From an uncultured delta proteobacterium (lineage in GTDB: Bacteria; Desulfobacterota; Syntrophia; Syntrophales; UBA5619), in the NCBI GenBank assembly GCA_963817385.1, contig CAWFOM010000005.1, positions 256,001 to 320,000 of the forward strand: a stretch of 64,000 bases of DNA, read 5' to 3'. Below the pieces are notes generated by a model. It did not search any database, was not told where the DNA came from, and was given only the letters and a program-made list of their open reading frames with translations. Both the position numbers and the translations under genes were made by a program. Positions 52,518 through 63,612 of this stretch are shown piece after piece (position 1 is the stretch's first letter; every line of letters begins with the position of its first letter).

Positions 52518-55500
52518 ATGAAAGGCATAGGAATATCGGGAACCATCGCCAAGGCGTTTATCAAATCGAAGCTGACGCCGCTGATCATCATCGCATCCCT
52601 CCTGCTCGGACTTTTGGCGGTCATGATCACCCCCCGCGAGGAGGAGCCGCAGATTCTGGTGCCCATGATCGACATATTCGTCGCCTATCCGGGAGCATCG
52701 CCCCGGGAGGTCGAGGCCCGGGTTACGAAGCCCATGGAGAAACTCCTGTGGGAGATCAAGGGAGTGGAATACATCTACTCCATCGTCAAGCCCGGTTTCA
52801 ACCTGACGATCGTCCGGTTTTACGTGGGACAAAGCATGGAAGACAGCATCGTCAAGCTGAACAACAAACTGTCGGCCAACTATGACCGGATACCGCCGGG
52901 CGTCTTCCCCCCTTTGGTCAAGCAGCGGTCAATCGACGACGTGCCGATCCTCACCCTGACCCTCTGGAGCGACAGCGACCGGTATTCCGGGTACGAACTC
53001 CGGCGGATCGGCGCCGAGCTCTGCGACGAGATCAAGAAGGACCAGGACGTATCGGAATTCTCCCTGATCGGCGGACAGAAACGGCAGGTCAGGATCACCC
53101 TCGATCCGGCCCGGCTCAAGGCGTATCACCTCTCGGCCTTCCAGATCGCCGGCGCCCTGCAGAAGGCAAACTTCCTACTGCCCTCCGGCGCCTTCCCGAC
53201 CGGCAACCGGGAGTACCTCGTCGAAACCGGGGCGTTTCTCAAAAACAGCGAGGAGGTGGGGAACGTCGTAGCCGGCCTTTTCAACGGCCGTCCCGTTTAC
53301 CTGCGGGATGTGGCCGCGATTGCCGACGGCCCGGAGGAACCTGCCGGTTACGTCTTCATGGGCCTGGGAGCGGCGGCGGCCCAAAAGGGGATTACGAGCC
53401 CCCAGGCGGGACCCAAAGAGGCCGTAACCATCACGATCGCCAAGAAAAAAGGCGCCAACGCCAGTCTCGTCGCGCGGGAGGCACTGGCCAAGGTGGAGGC
53501 CATGAAGGGAAAACTCATCCCGGGAGATGTCCGGGTAACCGTGACCAGGAATTACGGCGACACGGCCAAGGAGAAATCCGATGAACTCCTGGAGCATATG
53601 CTGTTGGCCACCATCGCCGTCATCATCCTGATCGCGTTTTTCCTCGGCTGGCGGGAAGCCATCGTGGTTGCCGTCGCCGTCCCCGTGACCCTGGCCCTGA
53701 CGCTTCTGATCAACTACCTCTACGGTTACACCTTGAACCGCGTCACCCTCTTCGCCCTCATCTTCTCCATCGGCATCCTCGTCGATGACGCCATCGTGGT
53801 GGTGGAAAATATCCACCGCCACTTCAAGCTCCACAAGATCGAACCCCTGACGGCGGTCCTGGCTGTCGACGAGGTGGGCAATCCCACCATCCTGGCCACC
53901 CTTACGGTGATCGCCGCGCTCCTCCCCATGGCCTTCGTCTCCGGCCTCATGGGGCCCTACATGCGGCCCATACCGGTGGGCGCCTCCGCCGCCATGATCT
54001 TTTCGCTCCTGGTCGCCTTTATCGTCAGCCCCTGGCTGAGCTACATCGTCCTGAAGAACGTGAAAAAGTCGGACCGCACCGAAGAGGGGGGGAGGATGTT
54101 CCGCATGTATGAGCGGATTCTCAGTCCCCTGCTGGAGAGCGGATTCAAGCGGTGGCTGGCCCTGGGAAGCGTCGTCCTGCTGCTCCTGCTGGCCGTCACG
54201 CTGGTTCCCCTCAAGAAGGTCACGGTCAAGATGCTGCCCTTCGACAATAAAAGCGAACTCCAGGTCATCATCGACATGCCGGAAGGCACAACCCTGGAGG
54301 AGACGGCGGCCTTGACCCGGGAGATGGGCGAATACCTGAAGACCGTCCCGGAGATCACCGATTACCAGACCTACGTCGGAACGGCGGCCCCCTATAACTT
54401 CAACGGCCTCGTACGCCACTATTTTCTCCGTTCGGGGAGTACCGTCGCGGATCTTCAGGTAAATTTTGTCGCCAAGGGAGAGCGGAAAGAGCAGAGCCAC
54501 GCCATCGCGAAAAGGGTGCGGCCTCCATTAAAGAAGATCGGCGATCGATACGGCGCCCGGATCAAGGTGGCCGAAATCCCCCCCGGACCGCCCGTCCTGA
54601 GCACGCTGGTCGCCGAAATATACGGACCGGAGATGAACCGGCAAATCGAGATCGCGCGGGAGATCAAGAAAGTCTTCACCGATACCGACGGGGTGGTCGA
54701 CGTGGACTGGTACGTGGAAGAAGATCAGCCCAAGATCACCTTCACGGTGGATCAGGACAAGGCGGCCGGGGCCGGGATCAGCACCGAGGCGGCGGCGCAG
54801 AGTTTACGGATCGCCTTAAACGGTATGGGAGCGGGTTTGGTTCATCTGGAAAAAGAAAAGGAACCCGTCGAGCTTTTCCTGCGGATGCCGCTGGGGAAAC
54901 GGGCCGACATCAGCGATCTAAAATCGATCGGCATACCGACGCCGACGGGCGCGCTGATCCCCCTTTCCGAGCTGGTGAAACGCCACGACGGGTTTGAGGA
55001 AAAAACGATCTACCACAAGAACCTCAAGAACGTGACCTACGTCCTGGGAGACGTGGCGGGAACGGAGGAAAGTCCGGTTTACGCCATCATGAAGATGAAG
55101 GAGACGATCGACAAGATCAAACTCCCCGAAGGCTATGCGCTGAAGCAATATTCCACGGTCCAGCCCTGGCTGGAGGACACCTATTCCCTGAAGTGGGACG
55201 GGGAGTGGCACATCACCTATGAAGTGTTCCGGGACCTGGGGCTGGCCTTTGCCGCCGTCCTGATCCTGATTTACGTCCTGATCGTCGCCTGGTTCAAGAA
55301 CTTCATCACGCCCCTGATCATCATGGCGCCCATCCCGCTGACGCTGGTGGGAATTCTCCCCGGTCACTGGATCTTCGGGGCCTTCTTCACGGCGACGTCG
55401 ATGATCGGCTTCATCGCCCTGGCGGGGATCATCGTCCGGAACTCCATCCTCCTGGTGGATTTTATGGAAATGGAGTGGCGCGACAAGGGGCACTTGAAAA

Positions 55501-55772
55501 ATGCCCTCATCATGGCCGGCGCCGTCCGCTTCCGGCCGATCGTCCTGACCGCCGCGGCCGTCGTGGTCGGGTCGTTCGTGATGCTCTTCGACCCGATCTT
55601 CCAGGGGCTCGCGATCGCCATGATGTTCGGGGCGGTGGCGGCCACCGCCCTTACCCTGGTCGCCGTGCCGCTCATCTATTTCGAGTTTTTCAAGCGGAAA
55701 CCCCGCCCCCTGTCCGGGCAGCTCGCCGAACAAATCAATGAACCGGTCGAGACGGACGCTGCACCGCAGTAA
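52518..55772 (+). CDS. RND efflux transporter permease (AcrB/CusA family)
   Basis: [22 protein letters not shown] and RFRPIVLT motifs. Confidence 0.93.
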   Translation: MKGIGISGTIAKAFIKSKLTPLIIIASLLLGLLAVMITPREEEPQILVPMIDIFVAYPGASPREVEARVTKPMEKLLWEIKGVEYIYSIVKPGFNLTIVRFYVGQSMEDSIVKLNNKLSANYDRIPPGVFPPLVKQRSIDDVPILTLTLWSDSDRYSGYELRRIGAELCDEIKKDQDVSEFSLIGGQKRQVRITLDPARLKAYHLSAFQIAGALQKANFLLPSGAFPTGNREYLVETGAFLKNSEEVGNVVAGLFNGRPVYLRDVAAIADGPEEPAGYVFMGLGAAAAQKGITSPQAGPKEAVTITIAKKKGANASLVAREALAKVEAMKGKLIPGDVRVTVTRNYGDTAKEKSDELLEHMLLATIAVIILIAFFLGWREAIVVAVAVPVTLALTLLINYLYGYTLNRVTLFALIFSIGILVDDAIVVVENIHRHFKLHKIEPLTAVLAVDEVGNPTILATLTVIAALLPMAFVSGLMGPYMRPIPVGASAAMIFSLLVAFIVSPWLSYIVLKNVKKSDRTEEGGRMFRMYERILSPLLESGFKRWLALGSVVLLLLLAVTLVPLKKVTVKMLPFDNKSELQVIIDMPEGTTLEETAALTREMGEYLKTVPEITDYQTYVGTAAPYNFNGLVRHYFLRSGSTVADLQVNFVAKGERKEQSHAIAKRVRPPLKKIGDRYGARIKVAEIPPGPPVLSTLVAEIYGPEMNRQIEIAREIKKVFTDTDGVVDVDWYVEEDQPKITFTVDQDKAAGAGISTEAAAQSLRIALNGMGAGLVHLEKEKEPVELFLRMPLGKRADISDLKSIGIPTPTGALIPLSELVKRHDGFEEKTIYHKNLKNVTYVLGDVAGTEESPVYAIMKMKETIDKIKLPEGYALKQYSTVQPWLEDTYSLKWDGEWHITYEVFRDLGLAFAAVLILIYVLIVAWFKNFITPLIIMAPIPLTLVGILPGHWIFGAFFTATSMIGFIALAGIIVRNSILLVDFMEMEWRDKGHLKNALIMAGAVRFRPIVLTAAAVVVGSFVMLFDPIFQGLAIAMMFGAVAATALTLVAVPLIYFEFFKRKPRPLSGQLAEQINEPVETDAAPQ

Positions 55773-55821
55773 GCAACCAGAGTCCCGTCAACGTCGGCCG
55801 GGGGATGGTTGCGGAGCCCGG

Positions 55822-55850
55822 TTGACATTCCCGGACGCTTCTTCTATATT
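55822..55850 (+). promoter_or_regulatory. sigma-70 promoter
   Basis: TTGACA-N17-TATATT upstream of GGGAGG RBS and ATG 55895. Confidence 0.65.
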
Positions 55851-55894
55851 GCTGAAACTGGAGTAATTCCTTATCGAGAAAGGGAGGCTGACCC

Positions 55895-56653
55895 ATGCAA
55901 GAGGATCTCGAACTTCGACTCTTCACGCGGCCCGGCTGAGCGACCTGCGCCGCGGCGAAGGAGTTTCTTTCGCGACACCACATCGACTACCGATCACGGG
56001 ACGTCTACTCGGACCCGGAGGCAAAAGCGGAATGGGAGGCGCTCGGTCTGGAAACGCTGCCGTGCGCCGTCCAGGGAGAACGCCACGTCCTGATCCTGCA
56101 CACCGATCAACTCAGGACATTCCTGGGGCTGGAGGCCTCGAAGGCGTCGGCATCGTACCGGAAACTGACCGGCGCCATGAACCGAATACTCACGGCGGTG
56201 GAACAGGCGGTGCGCCAGGTCCCCTCCGAACGGCTGTCGGATCCCACCCCCAACCGGGGCCGGGATCTCCGGGAGCTGGTCTTCAACATCCATGATCGCA
56301 TCCCACCGATGGCCGATTCCCTGGATTCGGGAACCTATGCGTGGAAGCAGGGGGATGATTACGGTCGCAGCCGCCGTTTCCGCACCTCCGAAGAACTGGG
56401 CAGCTTCTGCGCCGAAGTAAGAACAGCCTGGTTCAGGCGCGCCGGCCTCGTGGATGACGATGCTGCTTACGAGATGGTACAGACCCGTCGCGGGCCGGTC
56501 ACGCATCTCCAGCTCCTGGAATCGCAGGCCTTCCACGCGGCCCAGCACCTCCGCCAGATCACCGTATTCATGCGGCAGATCGGGATACCGCCGGTCGGGG
56601 AGATGACCGCAGCGGACATGGCGCCGGTCGTCTTGGGCGAGCAGGTTTTTTAG
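55895..56653 (+). CDS. putative selenoprotein: UxxC glutaredoxin/NrdH-like domain fused to a DinB-like domain (252 aa, UGA at 55937-55939)
   Basis: FTRPG-U-ATC...KEFLS in frame with ORF 56177-56653 (LRELVFNI...HAAQHLRQI); RBS, promoter and SECIS-like hairpin. Confidence 0.75.
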
Positions 56654-56660
56654 CCGGATG

Positions 56661-57089
56661 TCACCGTTTCATGCTCTCGACGAGGGCATCAATCCCCGCC
56701 TGGGAAACCACCTCGTCCTGATCGGCGTGTCCCGAGCTGCAACCGATACCGCCGACGATCTGGTCGTCGAAGAAGATCGGAAGGCCGCCGGCAACGATCA
56801 TGAAGCGCCCTTGGTTGCTTACATGGATGCCGTACGACGGGCCTCCGGGCTGGCTCGTCTGCCCATACGCACGCGTTGATTTGCGCGCGGCTGCGGCCGT
56901 GAATGCCTTGCCGATGGCGATATCGATGCTGGTAATGCGCGCGTTGTCCATGCGATGAAACATCAACAGACTGCCGCTGTCGTCGGTGATGGCGATATCC
57001 ATGTCGACGCCGATCTCACGAGCCTTCTTCTCCGCCGCGTTCATGATGACGCGTGCATCATCGAGAGTCAGCTTGGGAACCATTTTCAT
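56661..57089 (-). CDS. GlcG/HbpS family heme-binding protein
   Basis: IAITDDSG...RMD...AIGKAFTA...GGLPI...GGIGCS...QDE pattern. Confidence 0.88.
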   Translation of the reverse strand: MKMVPKLTLDDARVIMNAAEKKAREIGVDMDIAITDDSGSLLMFHRMDNARITSIDIAIGKAFTAAAARKSTRAYGQTSQPGGPSYGIHVSNQGRFMIVAGGLPIFFDDQIVGGIGCSSGHADQDEVVSQAGIDALVESMKR

Positions 57090-57223
57090 TGGATAGACCT
57101 CCTCATTCAGTATGATTGACGATACCGGCGTTGCGGATGGTTTCTCTTGTTTGCCGACGGCGGTAATTCGAACCACGTTCCGCCGGCTTTGTCAACACTT
57201 TTGAGACAAATGGACAAATCCCG

Positions 57224-57252
57224 TTGACATGCAACCCCAACCCCCCTATACT
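57224..57252 (+). promoter_or_regulatory. sigma-70 promoter upstream of the pyrF-like gene
   Basis: TTGACA-N17-TATACT. Confidence 0.65.
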
Positions 57253-57347
57253 CCCAATCCGCGTAAAGGAATTTCTCTTAACGATTCCCGTTAACGCGTC
57301 GGGGGACTGGATTGGAGAGAAATATTTCATGAGAGGAGGATGACTTC

Positions 57348-58025
57348 ATGGCCAAAGTAATCGTCGCATTGGATGGTGTGACCTTCAGTCATGCCATGGA
57401 ATCGGGAGTGCTGCCCACCCTTTCCAAGGCCTGCGATAAGGGCTTGATCTGGGGGGTTAAGATCAATGATATGCTCTATAGCGGGGATGCAACAAAGATT
57501 ATCTCATTCCTCAAAGACGATTTGAAGCTGGGGATCATGGTCGATGTCAAATTGCACGATATCCCGTCGACTACGGAAAACAGCATCGGCAAACTGGTGG
57601 GGGCGGGGGCCAATATCGTCACGATCCACTGTTCGTCGAACTATCGGCCGAAAAATACCAACCTCCTCAAATATATCGCCGGGGTTACCGCGCTGACCTC
57701 GTTTACGGACCTCGAAATCAAATGGATTTACGACAAGACCTATGAAGAAATCGTTCGGGCCTTTTCGGACATCGCCCTGATGAACAGCTACGAATATATC
57801 ATGGGTTCCGTGAAGGACATGAGCTACATCCAGGATAACCCGCTGAAGAAGATCTGTACCGGGATCAGACCCTCCTGGTATCGCGAGCGGCACGATCAGG
57901 TCAGAATCGCCTCCGTAAAGGAAGCCGTGCGGACGGAAGCCGACTTCATCGTGGTCGGCCGCCCGATCACGTCCGCCGGCAACGTCATGGAAGCGATCGA
58001 ACGGGTATATTCGGAGCTTCAGTAA
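57348..58025 (+). CDS. pyrF: orotidine-5'-phosphate decarboxylase family protein
   Basis: VIVALD, DVKLHDIPST, VTALTS, GIRP, DQ.R and VVGRPIT motifs. Confidence 0.8.
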   Translation: MAKVIVALDGVTFSHAMESGVLPTLSKACDKGLIWGVKINDMLYSGDATKIISFLKDDLKLGIMVDVKLHDIPSTTENSIGKLVGAGANIVTIHCSSNYRPKNTNLLKYIAGVTALTSFTDLEIKWIYDKTYEEIVRAFSDIALMNSYEYIMGSVKDMSYIQDNPLKKICTGIRPSWYRERHDQVRIASVKEAVRTEADFIVVGRPITSAGNVMEAIERVYSELQ

Positions 58026-58062
58026 TTTCGTGGCCAAGCGTCTGCCACCAGGGTAATGTACG

Positions 58063-59502
58063 TCATCTCGCTGTCACCTGTACGTTACCCACATTCCCAC
58101 TCCGGTGATCAAGAGCAAGGATTGTTATCTTCTGGTTCGGCTTTAAAACGCTTACCAGTTCAATAAAATTATCTAACCCGGCAATCGGCTGATTTTCTAT
58201 CCCCAGGATGATATCACCCACTTCGAATCCGGCTTCTCCCAGGGCTCCTTTGGGATCCACCCAGGTGATGGCGACTCCCTGATTATTGTCCATATTATAC
58301 TTTTGGACTTCCCGCGGAGCGACGGCACGCACCTCTATACCTAATCGTTCTTTGACGGTATTCGCTAAAATTTTATTTGCCGATTCGAGATTCCCGATCA
58401 TGACGTTCAGGTCTTCTCTTTTGCCATTTCGCTCAATGGTTATCTTTACCTCCTGACCGATAGGAGCGGCAGCCACCGCATTGCGCAGCATGCCGGAGTC
58501 GGCAATCGCCCTGCCGGCGAACGCGATCACTACGTCATTTTTTTTCAAGCCCGCCTTTTCCGCCGGACCTCCCTTGACAACATCGGCGATGAATGCACCT
58601 TTGAAGGCTTCCGCATGCGCATTTTTTGCCAGTTCCGGCGTTAGATCCTGGATGTCCACACCCAGCCAGCCGCGTTCCACCTTGCCACGAGCAATCAAGG
58701 CCTTTGAAACGTGGATGGCCATGTTGCTGGGGATGGTGAAGCCGATTCCTTCAAAACCGCCGGATTGGGAGACGATCACGGCGTTGACCCCGATCACCTC
58801 CCCCTGAAGATTCAACAGGGGGCCGCCGCTGTTCCCGGGATTGATGGCGGCGTCAGTCTGCAAGAAATCCTGGTAGCTGCCGGGATCCGAGATTCCGGCC
58901 CGGTGCTTTGCGCTGATGATCCCCTGGGTAACGGTCTGGTCCAAACCCCGAGGATGACCGATAGCCACAACCCATTCGCCCACCTCGACCTTATCCGAGT
59001 CCCCGAACGTCACATAGGGAAGCGGTCCTTTTGAGGAAATCCTGATCACGGCCAGGTCGGTCTTGGGATCCGTTCCGATGAGTTTGGCAGGATATCGTTC
59101 CCCGCTGGAGAGTAATACCTCGATCTTCGTTGCCCCTCCCGCCACATGGTGGTTCGTCAGGATATGCCCCTGAGCATCGATGATCATACCCGTTCCCAAA
59201 CCCTTCGTTTCCCGTTTGAATTTTTTCGGCATCTTCGGAACGTTGAAGAAACGATTCAGCAAGGGATCGTTTGCAAAAGGCAGGAAGGGATTGGCTACCT
59301 CCTGGCTCTCCGTCACTTCGATGTGGGCCACGGCAGGGATCGTTTGCTTTGCTATCTGAATAATTGCCGTACTGAGATCGAAGCTTTTTGTTATCTCCGA
59401 AGCCAGAACGGGGTTGGATGTGAATATGAACCATACCATTCCGGATAACAAAACCGGAGAGAAGATATTACTGAATTTACGGGATCGGATAGGTATCGAC
59501 AT
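58063..59502 (-). CDS. DegP/DegQ (HtrA) serine protease with two PDZ domains
   Basis: TNHHV, TDLAV and INPGNSGG catalytic triad; GWLGV PDZ. Confidence 0.93.
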   Translation of the reverse strand: MSIPIRSRKFSNIFSPVLLSGMVWFIFTSNPVLASEITKSFDLSTAIIQIAKQTIPAVAHIEVTESQEVANPFLPFANDPLLNRFFNVPKMPKKFKRETKGLGTGMIIDAQGHILTNHHVAGGATKIEVLLSSGERYPAKLIGTDPKTDLAVIRISSKGPLPYVTFGDSDKVEVGEWVVAIGHPRGLDQTVTQGIISAKHRAGISDPGSYQDFLQTDAAINPGNSGGPLLNLQGEVIGVNAVIVSQSGGFEGIGFTIPSNMAIHVSKALIARGKVERGWLGVDIQDLTPELAKNAHAEAFKGAFIADVVKGGPAEKAGLKKNDVVIAFAGRAIADSGMLRNAVAAAPIGQEVKITIERNGKREDLNVMIGNLESANKILANTVKERLGIEVRAVAPREVQKYNMDNNQGVAITWVDPKGALGEAGFEVGDIILGIENQPIAGLDNFIELVSVLKPNQKITILALDHRSGNVGNVQVTAR

Positions 59503-59928
59503 AAAACCTCCTTGGTCATGCTGCGTCCACACCGGACGCGGAAATATGCATCAGACATTGTTCCTTTCGTCTTTTTAGGATGGAGCAACTCAACGGCAAA
59601 AACAATCATGATTGATAGCAAGATGATTGGTAGGCAATAACTCCTATGCGGTTTCATGACAACTTGCTCAGGGTGCCGAGTAATATTCAAATAGAAAGTC
59701 CCCTGGAGAGAATACTCTTCTTCCGAAACAAATACGAATACACCTGCCCGTGCTTGCCTATATGATAGGTATTGCCTACCAATGAGCTTACCATCGATCC
59801 TCATTGTCTTTTCCCATTTTTCCCATTAACTTCAATCTACGGCGGGATCCGACATGGGAACCACCCGATAAACGGGATGATTACTGCGACGAAAAGAAAT
59901 CATCCTTTGAATAAAAAGGGGATGCATC

Positions 59929-60540
59929 ATGAAAGTGTTAATCGTGTACTATTCCATGTACGGCCATATCTACCGGATGGCGGAAGCCGTGAAGGAAGGG
60001 GCCGGCAGTGTGAGCGGCGCGGATGTCAGGATCTGCCGCGTCCCGGAAACCCTCCCGGACGAAATCCTCGAAAAGATGGGCGCTCTGAAAACGCAAAAAT
60101 CCCTGGCCCATGTCCCTGTCTGTAAAGTGGATGACCTGGCTACAGCGGACGCGATAATCTTCGGCACGCCAACCCGTTTCGGCAACATGTGCGGCCAGAT
60201 GCGCCAGTTTCTCGATGCAACGGGTGGACTCTGGTCCAAAGGCGCCCTCGTCGGCAAAGTGGGCAGCGTTTTCACCAGCAGCGCAACCCAGCACGGCGGC
60301 CAGGAATCGACCATTCTCTCCTTTCACTTCACCCTCCTGCATCAAGGCATGGTGATCGTCGGCCTTCCCTATGCCTTTGCGGGCCAGATGCGCATCGACG
60401 AGATCACGGGGGGATCACCCTACGGGGCGTCCACGATCTCGGGGGGTGACGGCGAGCGGATGCCGAGCGAAAACGAGCTCGCTGCGGCACGTTACCAGGG
60501 TAAACACGTAGCGGAGATCGCGGCCAAACTGTTCCGATAA
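59929..60540 (+). CDS. wrbA: NAD(P)H:quinone oxidoreductase
   Basis: [24 protein letters not shown] and GGSPYGA motifs. Confidence 0.95.
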   Translation: MKVLIVYYSMYGHIYRMAEAVKEGAGSVSGADVRICRVPETLPDEILEKMGALKTQKSLAHVPVCKVDDLATADAIIFGTPTRFGNMCGQMRQFLDATGGLWSKGALVGKVGSVFTSSATQHGGQESTILSFHFTLLHQGMVIVGLPYAFAGQMRIDEITGGSPYGASTISGGDGERMPSENELAAARYQGKHVAEIAAKLFR

Positions 60541-60635
60541 GGGGAAAGCCGCCTCAACCCCGGGATGGCATCTCAGTGCAAGAGTTAAGGAGGCGGAAGA
60601 ATCCGTCCCAGTGAGAATAAAAGGGAGGCATTTAT

Positions 60636-60815
60636 ATGGACCAGAAGACACCGGATCAGGGATGGCAGCAACTTCAGGCTCACATCGAGGGATTTCTCGG
60701 ACAGACTCTCAGGACCGATATGCAGAGAATCGAATACAAGCCACGCTTCATCGCCCAGATGCTGGATATGCCGTCCGAACATCATCAGAGCGAACGGCGG
60801 GAAATGACTCCATGA
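60636..60815 (+). CDS. small hypothetical protein (59 aa)
   Basis: AGGGAGG RBS, then MDQKTPDQGWQQLQAHIEGF...; below the ORF-track cutoff; no motif. Confidence 0.3.
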   Translation: MDQKTPDQGWQQLQAHIEGFLGQTLRTDMQRIEYKPRFIAQMLDMPSEHHQSERREMTP

Positions 60816-61225
60816 AAGGCATATGTTCATAAGAATGGCATTGCATACATCGATGGTATCGCAGACAGATAGGCGCATGAGGCTTTATTCTCCATCGGAG
60901 TCTCGGTCAGCGAAGACAGGATCGCATACGATCATCGGCTCGACGTCAAAGCAGACTGCCCGAAGGGCGCACAGAGTCCCTCAATTGAATCGGTTTGAAG
61001 CGGTACCCCTCCTCCTGCTTTTTATCTCGATTCTTTGGATAGGCTCGGCCTTAGGGCAGGAGCTTTACGTCGTGCCCGGCTCCAAGTTTTTTCTGGCTGT
61101 CGGAACGATTTATTATTATAGTGCCTTCCGCCTATGATATCTTCATAATCATGCAGTATCGTGCCACAGAGGATCGGCGGTATATTCGTATCATGAGAGA
61201 AGCTTGCAAGGAGCAACACGTCGTT

Positions 61226-61669
61226 ATGAATCTTACCGATATCCTGCTCATTGAAGATAACAGCCATGACGTGGAGATGATTCTGGACACCTTTCGCGAA
61301 CAAAACGTCAGCGACAAGGTTCGCGTCCTGCGGAACGGCGCCGAAGCGCTGGATTACTTTTTCGGTCCGCAGGAATGCCTGCAGAAGACGGACTCCTGTT
61401 GTCCGAGATTCATCCTGCTTGACTTAAAGCTTCCCAAGGTCGGAGGTCTGGAAGTCCTGCGGCGTTTGAAGTCCGATGAACGGACCAGAAACATCCCCAC
61501 GATTATTTTTTCATCGTCGAATGAAGCGAGAGATCGAATCGATAGCTACCTTCTGGGGGCCAACAGTTATATCGTAAAACCCTTGGACGCGGATAGTTTT
61601 TCACGCTTTGTCGCCCACATCGCCTCGTATTGGCTTTTGATGAACAAGACCTCCTATCAGGATCGATAG
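61226..61669 (+). CDS. single-domain response regulator (Rcp1-like)
   Basis: ILLIEDN, LLDLKLPK and GANSYIVKP...YW motifs. Confidence 0.9.
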   Translation: MNLTDILLIEDNSHDVEMILDTFREQNVSDKVRVLRNGAEALDYFFGPQECLQKTDSCCPRFILLDLKLPKVGGLEVLRRLKSDERTRNIPTIIFSSSNEARDRIDSYLLGANSYIVKPLDADSFSRFVAHIASYWLLMNKTSYQDR

Positions 61670-61717
61670 GGGCGTCCCCTACAAACCCCGTTCGCGGGGA
61701 AGAATGGAGATTGGACC

Positions 61718-62563
61718 ATGAACAGTGATTTGCGTATCTTGATCCTGGAAGACGTACCGACGGACGCCGAGTTGATCCAGTTTGAACTCAGGGAGGCCGG
61801 CACGACCTTTATCCCGAGATGCGTGAAAGATAAGAAGGCGTATCTCACAGCCATCGATGAATTTTCCCCTGATATCATCCTTTCGGATTACTCCTTACCA
61901 TCCTTCGATGGTCTGTCGGCATTGAAACTCGCCGGGCAAAAATGTCCGGATGTGCCCTTTATTTTTGTGTCGGGGGCTCTGGGTGAGGAAACAGCCATTG
62001 AACTGCTCAAGCAGGGTGCAACGGATTACGTCCTGAAGAGCCGACTCTCCCGCCTGGGTCCCGCCGTTGTCCGGGCACTGCAAGAGGTTAAGGAGCGGCA
62101 AGAAAAGAAAGCGGCAGAGCAAGCACTGGAATTCAAATCTCGAAGCCTCGAGGAGGCCAATACGGCATTGAAGGTCCTGCTCAGGCATCGGGAAGAAGAC
62201 AAGGCCGCCCTGGAAGAACAAGTATTGACCAATGTCAGAAAATTGGTTTTCCCTTACCTGGAAAATTTGAAACATCTCCAATTAAATGAACAACAAGCCG
62301 CTCAAGTTAAAATCATTGAGGAGAATCTGAAGAATATCGTTTCTCCGTTTCTGCACAATCTGACATCGAGCTATCTCGAACTGACCCCGCGAGAGATTCA
62401 GATTGCCAACCTTGTCAAAGAGGGAAAGACGACCAAAGAGATCACCGATATCCTCAACATTTCAGCAACGGCGGTTGATTTCCACAGAAAAAATCTCCGC
62501 GCTAAATTCGGTATAAAAAACAAAACAACCAATCTGATGGCGTTTCTTACCTCTCTTTCCTAA
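61718..62563 (+). CDS. response regulator with C-terminal LuxR HTH
   Basis: REC domain (LEDV, SDYSLP, GATDYVLK); LTPREIQI...HRKNLRAKFG. Confidence 0.9.
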   Translation: MNSDLRILILEDVPTDAELIQFELREAGTTFIPRCVKDKKAYLTAIDEFSPDIILSDYSLPSFDGLSALKLAGQKCPDVPFIFVSGALGEETAIELLKQGATDYVLKSRLSRLGPAVVRALQEVKERQEKKAAEQALEFKSRSLEEANTALKVLLRHREEDKAALEEQVLTNVRKLVFPYLENLKHLQLNEQQAAQVKIIEENLKNIVSPFLHNLTSSYLELTPREIQIANLVKEGKTTKEITDILNISATAVDFHRKNLRAKFGIKNKTTNLMAFLTSLS

Positions 62564-62712
62564 GTGGTAGTTTTTACCTACCATTAGACGTCCATTCAAT
62601 CCACATTGTTTTTCATTTCCGCCCGTACTAAATAGAAATTGTCATTACTGCACGCAGGCTGGGCATGTCAGCGAGAAAAGCAGAGAACATCATTCGAAAA
62701 GGAGGTAGGAAA

Positions 62713-63168
62713 ATGTATCAGAAGGTCTTGGTTCCGCTGGATGGTTCGGATTTGGCCGAGTGTACGCTGTCACATCTCAAATCCCTCATCAAGGATGGAT
62801 CCGTAGGAGAGGTTACCCTCCTGAATGTCGTTAAGATTGATATCCCCTGGGCCGAGCTGGAAAACAGGCAGTTCGACCTCAACGCGCTGAGAGAACCGCT
62901 CTTCGCCGCATCCAAAAAGTATCTTGCGGATGTGGAGTCCCGATTGAGTTCGCAGGGAATCAAGGTAAAAATAGAGTCCATCGAGGCCAACAGACCTGCA
63001 GATACAATCACGGATTACGCCAAGAAAAACGGCATGGATCTGATTGTCGTGGCAACCCATGGTTATACCGGCCTGAAAAAACTGATGCTGGGCAGCGTGG
63101 CATCCGGTGTGCTGCATCAGTCTTCTGTTCCCGTGCTGTTGATCAGACCGGATGCGTGTCGCATCTAA
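62713..63168 (+). CDS. universal stress protein
   Basis: VLVPLDGS and DLIVVATHG...LGSVA...PVLLI motifs; GGAGG RBS. Confidence 0.92.
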   Translation: MYQKVLVPLDGSDLAECTLSHLKSLIKDGSVGEVTLLNVVKIDIPWAELENRQFDLNALREPLFAASKKYLADVESRLSSQGIKVKIESIEANRPADTITDYAKKNGMDLIVVATHGYTGLKKLMLGSVASGVLHQSSVPVLLIRPDACRI

Positions 63169-63276
63169 TAGCCAAATTAACCCCGTCATCGGCTGCCCTC
63201 CGGGCTCTGTCCGGGGGGTAGCCACCGGCTCGCAAGATTTACCTGCGCTCACGACACAACGCATCACACACCATTA

Positions 63277-63550
63277 TCATTTTACCGTACCTTCAAGATC
63301 CGCTATCCGCTGCCTCCAATCATCCGGTATACGTACCGTTTTGTTCTTCCGATAATTGAATGTCACGATCACACCGTCGCCTTCAGCGGCTATCTTTCGA
63401 TGCTTGACGCTGACAACACGATACCCCATCGTAAAGCGATCCTCCCCGAGACGCGTCACTTTCGCTCCAACGAGAACTTTGTCAGGATACGTCAACGGCA
63501 TCTTGAATTTGCACGATGTCGCGGAGAGAATGCGCCCAATTCCTGAATAA
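63277..63550 (-). pseudogene. 5'-truncated acyl-CoA thioesterase (YbgC/FadM-like)
   Basis: GIGRILSATSCKFKMPLTYPD...IPDDWRQRI; N-terminal HVNN catalytic region absent. Confidence 0.6.
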
Positions 63551-63612
63551 GTATCCTCCGGTATAGCCGGAGGTGAAGTACGTGATCTCGAATATGCGTT
63601 TTTCCGGAGCCG

